Shown here piece after piece: positions 37,334-50,771 of a DNA stretch of 64,000 nucleotides; position 1 is the first letter of the stretch, and each line of letters begins with the position of its first letter. Source of the stretch: Takakia lepidozioides (Eukaryota; Plantae; Bryophyta); assembly GCA_030704615.1 (NCBI GenBank), contig CM060731.1, forward strand, positions 95,108,001 through 95,172,000, given 5' to 3'. The notes beneath the pieces are model-generated. The model was not told where the DNA came from, did not search any database, and saw only the letters and a list, made by a program, of their open reading frames with translations. Made by a program: the position numbers and the translations under genes.

Positions 37334-40300
37334 TTCAGACTTGAAACACTAATGAAATGAAACACTAATGAGATAAAGATAGTCACCCCGTGTGTACATA
37401 ACATGCCACAATACTCATAAGGGTTGATCTTACTAATGATGAAATTTGATAGTGCTGAAGTGCATGTCGAACTTGCATTAAGGTAAAGGGATCTATGAAA
37501 TGCAGTAGAGATCTATGTACAAACTATTACATAGATAAATCAAATGACAGGAAGATAACATGAAATCTGATTTCAACACCATGTCATTTGCCCCATTTGT
37601 TTGCCCTTATACTAGAGAGAAATACATGTATCATAAAAAATAACAAAAAATTCGGACTGACAATGAGGACAATGTATTGTATATGTAATTTCTAATTACC
37701 TACATAACATCATCAGCTGATACTTCATCATCCGTGTCATAAGCCTGTGATTCAGAGGTATACACATCCATGAAAGCCTCAACTCTACGCAACCTATCCA
37801 CGGATTGTCCAACAATAGCTGCTCTTCGGTCAAACAACAGATCATTGGAAAGACCTACATCACATTGTTGATGTATTGAATGCAAAGCTTGGGACTCGGC
37901 ATACGAAGGTAGATAAAACGATGAAAGAGGACTTTGGGGTAGACTATCGTAGATGGTCCGCACAATCCCATCACTGCATCAAACATACATGTATACTTAT
38001 GTTAACAAATCAAATGGGAATGGTTTGCTTTGCAAATAATATAGAGATTGCAACAAAGGGAATGGAGGCGAGACATACTCACTAGGAAGTACTGCCGAGA
38101 TGAAGACCAAGCTTGCACGCCACCTTAGGAGCGGGGGGTTCCAACAAACTCACAGGACGTTGAATGGTTGGAGTTACCACAGATGAAACCAAAACGGGTT
38201 GAGTATTTTGAAGTGCAGAGAGACGTGCTGCATACAACGTCTAGTCCCCTCAAGACCAAATACGTGACGTCCAGACTCGCGAGCAGCAATAAATGTAGAA
38301 CCTGCAGGAAAAAACATGCAATGATGATATTATATCGGATAACAGTTAATGATCATGAATCAGCTCAGAAGATTTTAATTACAAAATGGATACCAATGCA
38401 AACCTGTGCCAGCTGTGAGATCCAAAATGCGGGAGCCAGGAGGTGAGCATGTCTCCAACAACACTTGCATGAAGGCGGGACTACGGTCTCGTGCACCCCT
38501 CCAGGCTTGTTGAGGAGTTTGCATGGGTAGTGCAACATCTGGAATGTGGTTGTAGATGGCATCCAACTCAACAGGGTCTGCAAGGGGGTCCACAACTTTG
38601 CCAGACTCACGCAGTTTGAATAGTCCTCCTTGCTTGGTGAGGACATGGGCATGGAAGAACATGGTCTGTTAGACGTGCCATTTCCACAAAAACAGTGCAC
38701 CCGGATGGTTTAATAATATGTATGAGAGTAGGAAGATGAAACATCAAACAATGAGATATTGAAGAGGGATGATTTTTACCTTTCATGTCTGAGTGTGTAG
38801 AGGGGTGGTATTGATGCAAGTATATTTCCTTGATAATACGGAAATAGAGCTGCCCCTGGAGTAAGAAAAGAGCTCCAATGCAAAAGAATCATCGGAGCCC
38901 TGCAAGAACACCAAGCATCCATTGTCATCCAACTGGTCATTAGCAATGGAGAATGCATACTCCCAATACCGTTTATCAAAAGCATTCCAGGGAGGAACCT
39001 GTACACCATCCAAACAGCCCTGTACAGGCATTCCTGTTGGGCAGTCCACGATGATCATGTCCACAGCCACATGCACGCTTTTTCCATCCACAACACTAGA
39101 CCAAGTTCCTGGCAACTGCAAACAACATACAGAAAATGTAGGAGTCAATAGCCGGATGATGAGGATATAAAAACATCGAAGAATTCCTTACATTCAAGTT
39201 TGTTTGTTGGGGGAAACTCACATTTTTTAAGAACTCCATGAGCTCTTCCAAGGTCGCATCAGGAGATGTACTTGAGGCCTCCACCATAGCAATGAAATGA
39301 GTAGGCATGATCTTCATGCGATACATGCTAGGTGCACCACCAGAAAATGACACTGCACTGTAAGGATGTTCGCCTGCCTTTGGCTTGTTTCCTCGAGTAG
39401 TAGGTGCAGGCACTACAACCAACTGATTTGAAGGATGTGAAGAACTACCAATAGGACCAGCAATAGAAGCCACACTTGCATTGGGGGCCACACCTGCATT
39501 GACATCCGCACCTTTTCTTTTTCGTGATTTGCGTTTTGGTACACCCACAACGGCAGGGACCACTTGGGCTACAGCGTCAGCGGCCTGTGTAGCAATCTGT
39601 TCTGCATGCTCCAGATCAAGAACAGGGACTTCAGTGGAGATACCCCCTTCATCACTGACTGACTGCCTGCGAACACATTCCTTATGAAGTCCCATTTCTG
39701 CATAGGGGATAGTACCCTTGGGCATATCCAAATACCAACCCCCCCCCTTCCCGGTGTTCCACACCCCAATCTTCCTCAATTGCAAGGTGTGTACATGGAA
39801 GCTTGTTGAGCACCAAACTTCCAGGCCATCAGAAACTTGGGCTCAGCCTTAAGTCGATCACTCGGTACAAGCACAAATCTCATGTACCTAAAATACAAAC
39901 ACATTCAAAGTTATTGTGGAGACAAATATTTATGCAACCTGTTCAAAAATTGAACAAGCACATTAAGAAACATGTATATCCCAATGTACTAGAAAAATAC
40001 TTGAAGCATAGATATTTTTGACTTACAAGGTGTATACTCTATCCATGTACAATGCAATGGAAAGATGGTACCTGAATAAAATCCGTCTCACCACCTTCTC
40101 CCCACCTGTTTGTTGTTCCCAATCATTGCCTCTGAATGGCCCCTTTGGCAATGAGAACTCTCTATGAAACAACTCTTTGAAATGAGTCATCTTCCATGTA
40201 TCCATGTAGTCTCCCAGACTCTCACTCTCTCCTTCATCCAAGGCAACATGAAATTGGCCAAGCTGAGTGGTGTACAAGGCAAACTGAGCCAAGGCAACCT

Positions 40301-41250
40301 TGCGAAGCTGCCAGAAAATACAGTCAGTTAAATAACTATGTTAATGTGTCATCAACAAAATGAATTAATTGCATTGAGAAGATAGTGATTGTATATGTAC
40401 CTGCCACCAAAAAGTCCTTCTATTCAGCCAAGGATCAAGTGTTGGCCCACTGATAGGCCCGGGTGGAAAAAATTACGGTCGTGAAGTGTTTGGTCTCCAT
40501 TCCATATATGTAGCCATTCCACCTTTTCTTCAGGATCTACCCGGGCGGTAGCAATGTTCACCATTTTCTCTTGGGTCATTTCCTCTGATCATGCCTTTAC
40601 ACGTGACCAATGCAGTTTAAGTTCTTGGAGAAACCCCTCTCCAAGGGTTGGATCAGCAATAGGAAGCAACTTCACAAGCTGACTCTTGTGTTGCTCCCTT
40701 GCTTTCAATCCAGCTTGTCTCATTGTATCTTCAAGGCCCTCTTGACTCTTTGGGCCCTCTTGACTCTTTGGCCCCTCAGCAAGTTTGTAAGCTTCCCCCG
40801 CCATGCGTTGGGCCTCAACAATATCATGCTGCCAAAAGAACCAAACAGTTCATAACATGAACCAGAGGTGAATCTTGTCTATGGATGCAAAGAATGAAAC
40901 TTGGTTAAGACATGATGTTACCTTGTACAAAATCTTTGTCATTGCATGGACTGTCAGGTTATACCAATTCTTTCTTGCTTTCTTGATGCATTCGTCGTAT
41001 TGCTCTTTCCTCAATACATTCTTCCATTCAGAGACAGGTGTAAGGCCAATCATATTGACCTTGCAAACCAAGTGCACAAATTTGGATGTAACATGCGCCC
41101 TCTCTGTTGCCCTGCACATATAAAATATGATCATTAGAAAGAAGATGTGTATATGTACATCCATTGAGCAAGAACATGACAACATTGAACATGAAAGTAA
41201 ATGAAGAATAGAAAGGAAACTCACACATTCACTCCATCCATGATGGACCT

Positions 41251-42167
41251 TGTTAGAGGACTGTAGGGGACTTAGACACTTATACGGGATCTGTAGGGTA
41301 CCCTTAATTTTTGCACAGACTGAGACCAACAGGAGCCTTAGGGGTGACAGCAGCGCACTGTAGAGGGGGGTTACACAGTCATCACAGCCCACACAGCCCA
41401 CACAGCCCGTCACAGTCGTCACAGCCCACACAGCCAACACAGCCCGTCACAGCCCACACAGCCCACACAGCCCGTCACAGTCGTCACAGCCCGCACAGCC
41501 AGTCACAGCCCGTCACAGTTTCACACAGCCAGTCACAGCTTGACACAGCTGTCACGATCATAGGGAACGAAGAGTAGGACAGGGAACGACTGTGGGGAAC
41601 AACACCTGCGAAGGGAACATGTTAGTTCACAGACGACGGTTACTGAGGGAAACGGTTAGAACTGCGGATAGGAAGATAAAGGGAAAAACGGGGAATTGAG
41701 GGGGATCATTATTCGGAGGAGGACTTCTTAGTCAGGCTGGAGCGGAGATCGGAAGCAAAAGATGGAGAGCACGGTGAAGGAGGAAAGAGGATTAGTAGAT
41801 GCTTGTTATATGCAAAGCGGTAGTGATATTGTAGAGCAGATTAGAGACATAATGGCTTCGGCCTGATACCTGATAAATCATAATCTGATACTTACACGAT
41901 ACAATCACACTGTGTAGAGAGATCTGAGTGAAGCTGTGGATTGAATGGATGAGATTGATGAAGCAAACTAATACTTAATTATCAATGGTAAGGTAGCTAA
42001 GATGAATGAGAAAAGGGAAACAAATAGGAAACACCCCCATGATACACTAGCTGTAGGTCATGACTGATTGTTCTGCGCGGGCTGAGTACTTAGAGATTTC
42101 CAACTCTTCTATCTTGGAGTTTCCGCCTCGGATAGCGAAGGGATGGGTGAGTAAAAGCCGCGCGACA
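41251..42167 (+). repeat. 5' LTR (917 bp, TG...CA) with CACAGCC minisatellite
   Basis: Near-identical to 47428-48381. Confidence 0.95.
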
Positions 42168-42776
42168 TTTGGCGACCATACTGGGGACCTGGGACATGAA
42201 CAACCAGATGTGACAGGCATCTGGTGGGATCATGGTGGTTGGACCATTAAAGAATTTGAAGTGAATCAAATTCCCTGTGGAACGAAGGAAGAAAGATTGT
42301 CCAAACGATTCTTTCAAAGGTTCTTGGAATTGCCAGACGGTTGTAAAGAAAATATTCTTAAACGAGTGCATGATGCTGATCCAGAATGGGGTCTGGAGAA
42401 AGGAGTGATAAAGATTTATCAGGTAGCCTGTAGAGGAAGAGCACGTTGGTTACCAACATTGGTTTATGTGATAGCATTGCTATCCATTAAACGAGTAGAG
42501 TTTGAAGGCTGGGAAGAAAGAAAGGTGAATGTTTATACTCATATGCATGAAGAGCTTGTACTGGTAAAGAATTGGATTCCAAAGGATATTTTGTGGATCA
42601 AACTCACACCAAGAACAACTTTTCACACTTGTTTGCCATATGGTTATATGGTAACGGAGACTTCAAGTATAGCCAAGGGTGCATTGAAGCTTGAAAGAAA
42701 CCCAGGCATATACGAGAGATATTACAGAAGAGAGTTTTGGTTATTGCCACATTAAAAGAAATGAAAGACATGGGAC

Positions 42777-44740
42777 ATGAGTGATGAAAGAGAAGCTAGA
42801 CGACAGAGATATTCAGCAAAAAGAGAAAGCTATCTGAAAGCTAATTATCCATATCTTTGGGAGAGAGGAATAGACATAGGGGAATCATCTGGACCTCTCA
42901 CACCATCAAGATCAAAGAGTGCATCACCTATACCGGTAGAACTAGAGTTGGATGCCACTCCTTTTGTTTCTTTGCAAGAAAGATTAAGGGAATTGGTACA
43001 GGAAGAAGATCAATCACGAGGTGAAAGATTTGAGGTACATCCTTGGATAAAAGACTTGACAGAAATCTTTGATAAGAGTTGGCATGGAACACCAAAAGCA
43101 GGAACTCCAGTTTCTGAAGCAGAAGATGAAGAAGGAGAAGAGGATGTGGCAGAGCCAACGGAGAGTTCAGACTCTCCAACAACATTACAGTTGAGTTACA
43201 TGAGTGAAGAAGAAACCCAAGGGCAGAACTTGGAGGATGAAAACAGAGAGAAGAAATTAGAAGAGGAAGAATATGAAGAAGTAGACCCAACAGCTGAGGT
43301 TGAGACTACAACCAGGACATCCCAACCCGTTGGACCTGGATCAAGTGGAGCACTTGGATCACAGGCCAACAAAGGTGTCGGCTCAGGGGGATCAGGCGGG
43401 CTGCCTGGATCTGGCTCTGGGGGGACAGGGAGTGTGGGAAGTAGTGCAACTGAAGCTGGGAATACTGTGAATATCGTGGGGCCAGAAGCAAGGAGTGCTC
43501 AAGGGCCACCACTTGGTGGAAGATCCACCACAAAAACAACAGGTCCAGAAAGACCAGCACCAGCAAGGGTGCCAGCACCTGTCAGTGGGCAGAAGGTAGG
43601 GCCAAGGATGGCGTTACAACCAACACGGGCAAAACCACCATTTCCAATATATTCAGGAAAAGGGGATCCCGATGTACACATTAGCCAATTTGAGCACATG
43701 TGTATAGTGAACAATGAGAATGGCGATGATGCCAAGATGAGACTGTTTCCTTGTTCACTTATCAAGAAAGCAAGTGAATGGTATGCAAGATTCCCTGATA
43801 ATCATTTCCTAACCTGGAATGGCTTGAATACAGCATTTCGAAATAGGTTCAGGACAAGTAAAACTGAGGATGAAGTGTATGGAAGTTTACAACAGCTGAA
43901 GCAGAAGAAGCATGAAACTGTTGAAGAGTATATGGAGAAGATGGAATTGATGATGAAAAAGCTGGCTGCAGTACCAGCGCCCGGTTTACAGAAGACTTGG
44001 TTTGTGAGTGGATTAAGACCAGAGTTGCAAAAGAAAGTGGATATGTTACCCCATAACACAGTGGAGGAGGCATTTGAAACTGCAAACAGAATTGAGCAAT
44101 TGGGAATGCTCAGGAGAGAGAAAAAAGAAGATGAGGACTCTGAGGATGAGTCAGATGAAGAAGAAGAGCAAGAACTAAAAGAAAGAGTAAGAGAAAGGAG
44201 AAGTTGAAGAGGGATAACTATGAAAAAAAATTGGAAGAAATCTTGAAGAAGTATGCCACAGAGGCTGCAACACATTGGAGGAAGGGTGTATGGTGTGCAA
44301 AGTGCCAGAATGAAGGCCATACCACCACAGAATGCCACATGAAGGAGAAACACTGTACTATCTATAAAATGGATAACCATTCTACTGAGAATTGTTACTA
44401 TAACAGAAGGACAGCTGCAAGAGAACCTAGGCAAGTAAGGGTGCATCAGGTGCAGCCCCAGCCAAGAAGAAACAATGATCAGGACCACTATGGTAGGTCT
44501 GGTGGTTATAACAATGGCATGGAAGGGAGAGGTAATTCAAGAGGGAATTACCAAGGAAATTCCAGAGGCAACTATCAGGGTAATCCAAGGGGGAATTACC
44601 AGCCCAGGAATCAGGATTATAGAAATAATCCAAGAACAGACCAAGGGTGAGGACCCAATGGTGAAGAGCTATGTTACTATTGTAATCAGCCAGGACATCG
44701 CAAGGCAGCCTGTTCATTCTGGATAAGACACCAGAATGAG
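42777..44740 (+). pseudogene. gag: Gag (retrotransposon capsid domain + three zinc knuckles)
   Basis: FPIYSGKGDPDVHI..LFPCSLIKKASEWY..LKQKKHETVEEY..FVSGLRPEL; knuckles CAKCQNEGHTTTEC, CTIYKMDNHSTENC (degenerate) and CYYCNQPGHRKAAC. Frameshift near 44205 and in-frame TGA at 44648. Confidence 0.85.
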
Positions 44741-47388
44741 ATGAGAGCTCCTGTGAATGAGGGCCCAGTGGTGGCAGCTCACATGGTTAGGCCATGTGTT
44801 GTATCAGAAGTAAGTACAATGATAGTAACAAGAAGTAAAGCCAAACTAATACCTCCAGTAGAAGAGGAAGAAGATGAGACTGGAAGTGGCAATGATATGC
44901 CTGAAGATGAAGAGACTTGGAAAGATGAGAAGGAACTGCACAAGGAAGTGGCAGGTACTATAAGGGATATGCAAAAGAGTACTGAGGTACCACAGGCGGA
45001 AGGTCATGACACTGTAGCACCGGTGATAGATGAAGTAGTTCAGGAAGAAAATCCGGTGGGACAATGGCCTGAATGGTTAGTGAGACATCATACTGTTGAA
45101 GATCAGGAGGAACAGCAGCAACCTCACCATGATGACCCTCAACAGGCAATGCTGATGAATTCCATAGGCAGGACACTTAATTTGTTGGGGACTTATGTCA
45201 AATCCCATGTTCCAATTACCCAATTGACAGCCTTGAAAGAGGAACTCAGGAAGGAGTTTGAGGCTCGACTTGCCACTGAGTGTGCAAACAAGGTCGATGA
45301 AGAGGTCACTCTCAAGATGAAGCAGGACTTGGGCAATACAGAAATGGCTTTGCAATTGGCCAAGCAACAATTGATTGAGGCAGGCCTCGCGCAAGACCAG
45401 TTGCACGAAGCACATAAGCAACAGCTATACCAAATGCAGGTGCAGCATGAAAGCAAGTTGCAAGAACTGAATGCACTACACACGGAGTTGCAGACAGTGC
45501 ATAACAGGATGGCGATACAATGTGCTACGTTTACAACTATGCTTGACCAATCTACTAAAGAAATAAACAGTCAAGCGGAAAAATGTACGAAGGCAGAAGA
45601 AGAGAATGTTGAGCAAATGAAGCTCATTGTCGATATGAAGAATACAATCTGTCGCAATGAAGATACTTTCAAGAAATACAGGCAAATGGAAGCTGATCAA
45701 GAGAAACACATCGTGGAGTTGCAACAAATCATCGTGGCCAATAGAAATGAAATCGCGGTCAGTAACAAGGCTTGGAAGGAAGCCAATAATCTACTTGCTG
45801 CCTATGCGCAATTGGTTGAGCCACAGGCGAAGCGCATGGAGGCTTTACAACAGCAGTTGGAATTGTACAAGCTAAGAGAGGAGCAAACTCTCAGGGGAAC
45901 CACAAGCAGCTTGGTGGATAACAGCCTTATGCAGGTCTGGTTAGCACAAGGGCCAGTAGAGGGCAAAAGCCCACGGAAGCTCACCCAAAGCGAGATGAAT
46001 GAGCTCAGACTGCAGGTACAGAACATTGCCACAACTACTATAGACAATGTCTATAGTAGGATAGCAGAGTTACAAGAGGATGTAGACGGACTCCAGACTC
46101 AAGTGGAAGACCTCACTTCAAACATCGACCAAAGAGTCTATATCCCTCAGGAACAGCTAATGGCTTCTTATTTGCAAGCCAGAACTCTGGCTTTTCAGTC
46201 TTCACAGGAGGTGCAGGAGATGCCAATGATACAGGAGCCAGTACCACCACCACCACAACAGGTCAATGTACCAGTAGCTGAACCTGTGGTTACTACAACC
46301 ACACCACAGCCACCACAGCCGGAGGTATGGGGCAATGCCGCTTTTAACCCACCTAAAACTCCAGCTGCAAGGGAGTCAGCAGGGCTATGCTTATGCCCTT
46401 CAACCAAATTCCCATCATGTTGGATTTGGCTTGGAAAGAATTTAGTCCTCCGCAGTCATTCGCACATTACTACCAAATCATGCGTATTTGGCTGCCAGTG
46501 GCAACTAGGACTAAGGTTCTTCCAAATAATCGACATATTGAAGATCATCACTTTGCACAATACTGGCACGAGGCAGGTACCATGTTGAGGGAATTGGTTG
46601 CTTTCCAGGTTGTACATGGACTCATTTATACCAAGACCAAGGAGATAGCAAGTATTGTCATGGGGTGCGGGCTATACTACGCTGCTTGTTTTCTGGTACG
46701 TTACCACATTGAGCAACAAAAGATGCAAACACGCTTTCAAAGTTATTCCAGTGGAGATCATTGGGTATTACCTTCAGTGCCACCTCATATGTACCTATAT
46801 GACCCAAAAGTTATGATGCAAAAGGATTCTCAAATTCGTTCATGGTTTCAAGCAGCCTGCAACCATTTGTCAACACAGAAATTCGGACTTGATGACATTT
46901 TCTATAAGGGACATGTGGCATGGAAGTACTTGCACGCTGCACCAGTAATTGGTACCCCACTCACCTGGACAGACAAGGAGCTCAGTGTCTACACCAATTT
47001 TGCTGTTCAGCGGTTACACCAAGTTGTAAAATGCAAACTTCCAGACATGGTAGGACAGCATTGTATGCCCCAAATGATTCCACAAAAGGTTCGAAAATTA
47101 AAACATCTGAGAGGTGATGGGGATTCTGATACAACTGTTTCTTCACAGAATTCTTTTGACATGGGAGAAGACTATACAATTCAGATGGAAGAAAAGAAGC
47201 GACGGGGGTCTCCTATGCCGGAAAGGTTACCTCGATATCAGCCTCCAGAGGGCCTCACTTATCCAGGTAGTGATCAACCATCTCCGTCAACCAGAGACAG
47301 ACCTCGGGCTCGTACACACAGTCCGCCACGAAACTCTCAACGTCAACAGGGTGCTCACTCACAAAGGTTTGCTACTCGGAAACAGTAA
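44741..47388 (+). pseudogene. Coiled-coil and unknown C-terminal region in frame with Gag; no pol motifs
   Basis: 615-aa ORF with a long Q/E/L/K heptad-like tract, then a frameshift near 46390 into a 333-aa ORF. No DSG, YxDD, RNase H or integrase motifs seen. Confidence 0.6.
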
Positions 47389-47427
47389 ATCGTGAGGACA
47401 CGGCTTTTTGAGGGGGGAAAGGGGTAA

Positions 47428-48381
47428 TGTTAGAGGACTGTAGGGGACTTAGACACTTATACGGGATCTGTAGGGTACCCTTAATTTTTGCACAGACTGA
47501 GACCAACAGGAGCCTTAGGGGTGATAGCAGCGCACTGTATAGGGGGGTTACACAGTCATCACAGCCCACACAGCCCACACAGCCCGTCACAGTCGTCACA
47601 GCCCACACAGCCAACACAGCCCGTCACAGTCGTCACAGCCCACACAGCCAACACAGCCCGTCACAGCCCACACAGCCCACACAGCCCGTCACAGTCGTCA
47701 CAGCCCGCACAGCCAGTCACAGCCCGTCACAGTTTCACACAGCCAGTCACAGCTTGACACAGCTGTCACGATCATAGGGAACGAAGAGTAGGACAGGGAA
47801 CGACTGTGGGGAACAACACCTGCGAAGGGAACATGTTAGTTCACAGACGACGGTTACTGAGGGAAACGGTTAGAACTGTGGATAGGAAGATAAAGGGAAA
47901 AACGGGGAATTGAGGGGGATCATTATTCGGAGGAGGACTTCTTAGTTAGGCTGGAGCGGAGATCGGAAGCAAAAGATGGAGAGCACGGTGAAGGAGGAAA
48001 GAGGATTAGTAGATGCTTGTTATATGCAAAGCGGTAGTGATATTGTAGAGCAGATTAGAGACATAATGGCTTCGGCCTGATACCTGATAAATCATAATCT
48101 GATACTTACACGATACAATCACACTGTGTAGAGAGATCTGAGTGAAGCTGTGGATTGAATGGATGAGATTGATGAAGCAAACTAATACTTAATTATCAAT
48201 GGTAAGGTAGCTAAGATGAATGAGAAAAGGGAAACAAATAGGAAACACCCCCATGATACACTAGCTGTAGGTCACGACTGATTGTTCTGCGCGGGCTGAG
48301 TACTTAGAGATTTCCAACTCTTCTATCTTGGAGTTTCCGCCTCGGATAGCGAAGGGATGGGTGAGTAAAAGCCGCGCGATA
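47428..48381 (+). repeat. 3' LTR (954 bp, TG...TA)
   Basis: Differs from the 5' LTR by a 37-bp minisatellite indel and 6 substitutions (by eye). Confidence 0.95.
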
Positions 48382-49209
48382 GACCTGAGGGAACCACGAT
48401 TTTCAATGTCCGCATTGAGCACCCAACTTGTCACACAGACATGTCTTGACAAGTTGGCCCCATGAACTTCATTGATATAGGGATACCATGCTTGAAGCCT
48501 ATGATTCCCATCCCAGACATGAAACATCTTCCCCCGAAGATGATGCAACTTTGGCTTGGACTCAAGATACTTCTCAAACTCATCATTGACTGTTTTCCAA
48601 TGACTATCCCATGTAGAGATGATATCAGGACCTACATCTATAGTAGATCCATCAATCCCCTCAACAGAAACATAGAACACGGCTGTTCCTGGATGGTATC
48701 CAGAATAGAAGTCTCCTCTAAGCTTTAGGATGTCGTTGGCAAGGGCGGGCCTAACAACCTGCATAGAAATCATGCGACACAATGGAATGTCCATAACTCC
48801 ATCCTCAATGAGGAGGGACCTGAAAGTTACATTCAGATCTTGTTTCTTTTCCAGAATAATTGCCTGTTTGGCATCTAGAGAAAGAGGATCACTAGATGTT
48901 GTACATCTGCCCCCCAATTCCCTGCATCAATGTCGTCAATAATGGTTGCAAGCGTCCCGGCCTCCACAACTTCAGTTGTAGTAGTAATTTCCTAATTCCA
49001 TAGACCAAAACAGTTCAAGATGTTAGTGTATGAGAAGAGCACATGTGTGAATGTATAATATGTAAAAAGAGCAGTTCAGTGTCATGGTTGCATGAAGAAA
49101 ACAAATGAATTTGGATAGTCAACTAATTCCATGAATATCCTTGTCTTTCAAAGCTTACAACTTGGAACAGAATACAGGCGTGAGCATCCCGACAGAGGAC
49201 CTCCGACCA

Positions 49210-50375
49210 CCTACGCCGGCGCATATGACACATATGTGCAACCAACTCAAAATTTGATAAGATTTGAGGCCCTTGAAGAATTTTTTGCTCAAGGAGCTCC
49301 AAGCATATGCGCCGGCGCATACCATGGAAGGGAAGTTGTAGCCAAACATACAGGAGCACCTTGAAAGATCAAACTAGGCCTATGGAAACATGTGGAGTTG
49401 TGGAGGTGGCAACGTAGAAGCTTTGAGATACTTGAATACTGTGATCAACCAAAATAGGGAAGGTTCCCCAAGCGTCTGCGCCGACGGAGGTGGCAGCCTC
49501 GACACTTTGGAGCTTACGTAACACAAGGAATATACAACAAAAAACCAAGCTCCAAGCATCTCCGCCGGCGGAGATGCTTGCATGAGGTTCCTGAAACCTA
49601 GGAGCTAAGCAAAAAAAAATTGTGCTCAATGGGTATGCGCCGGCGGATATGGCAGCCCAGCCCGCTCGGAGCCTCAACAACTTATGAGAATGCGGAGAAA
49701 CAAAAGAGATGGAAGGGGGGGAGAGAACTTCTTGAAATATGTGAGCAGCCCTGCTGCACGGGTCTGTGTTGACAGAGGTGGCAGCCTTGGCGCTTTGGAG
49801 CTTCCGTAATACAGGGAATATGCAAAAAAAACCAAGCTTCAAGTGTATCCGCCGGCGGAGACGCTTGCAGGAGGTTCCTGAAACCTATGAGTTGAGCAAA
49901 AAAGAATGTACTCAATGGGTATGCGCCGGCGGATATGCCAGCGCAGCCCACTCGGAGCATCAACAACTTTTGAGCATGCGGAAAAAACAAAGGAGATGGA
50001 AAAAGGGGAGGACTTCCTGAAACATTTGAGCAGCCCTGCTGCACAGGTATGCGCCGGCGGATACGCCAGCCCAACCCGCTCGGAGCATCAGCAACGTATG
50101 AGCATGCAAAAAAATAAACGGGATGGGAGTAGAGGAGCACTTCCTGAAACATGTGAGCATCCCAGCTCCAACGGTATGCGCCGGCGGAGGTGGCAGCCCA
50201 GCCCTTCCAAGCATCAGAAAAAACCAAGGGGAATGAGTTGTCTCCGCCTGCGGAGACGGTTGTGTGTATGTGTGGAGATTCGCAAACTTGTGAGAGTTGA
50301 AGTGACTTAGGCATTTGCGCCGGCGGAGGTGCTAGATTAGGAGCAGCTTGGTGGGGCTTATGCGATGGCGCATAT
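49210..50375. repeat. E2 palindrome array (YGCGCCGGCGGA / CCGCCGGCGG, ~12 copies) inside ~290-bp tandem units
   Basis: Units at ~49482-49759 and ~49770-50044; perfect 28-bp palindrome CAAGCATCTCCGCCGGCGGAGATGCTTG at 49553-49580. Confidence 0.85.
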
Positions 50376-50771
50376 GCCTAAGTGCAGGTCATGAAAAAAA
50401 AAAAACTACAGCTTACCTTCTCCGTCCGCAGCTTGCCTCTACCACCACCACCACGAGCAACGCCTCCCCCTCGAGTGTCCTTCTTCCTCCCCATCGCCGC
50501 AACAGCTCGTTGCCTCGGGGTGGTATAGTATAAGGCCGAGATGCGGCGCCTCCGTCTCCTCTTCGCAACGGGAGTCTCCAGGGTGTAGAGACTAGAGACG
50601 TGTTAAGTGCTTGTGTAGTTTGTGTGTGTTTGTTTGGGGGAGTGGCAAGGGATAATGTGCAAGTATACTAGACTACTTAAGTGTAGTAATGATACCGGGT
50701 TAGTCATGTAGTAATGGAAACAAGTTTTACTGAACAGTTTATTAACAAAAAAATAGAGGTTGTTTCATTGA

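Larger units (their letters stand above)
41251..48381 (+). mobile_element. Non-autonomous (pol-less) Ty3/Gypsy-like LTR retrotransposon, 7,131 bp
   Basis: LTRs 41251-42167 and 47428-48381; 5-bp TSD GACCT at 41246-41250 and 48382-48386; PBS TGGCGACCATACTGGGGAC right after the 5' LTR; PPT GAGGGGGGAAAGGGG before the 3' LTR. Confidence 0.95.
37700..50494 (-). pseudogene. E2 ParB-like + beta-class methyltransferase-like gene, interrupted by an LTR element
   Basis: Putative exon 1 50494-50417 (MGRKKDTRGGG..|GTAAGC). ParB-like exon IPLCRM...FHVWDGNHRLQAW resumes after the LTR element (RSIMDGVN|GTGAGT). Then VDMIIVDCPTG, LDDNGCLVF and WRGARDRSPAFMQVLLETCSPPGSRILDLTAGT|GSTFIAARESGRHVFGLE. Confidence 0.85.

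Noticed and set aside
41311-41577. H/S/P/Q/T-rich ORFs here and at 47427-47777
   Set aside because: They are translations of the CACAGCC minisatellite inside the LTRs.
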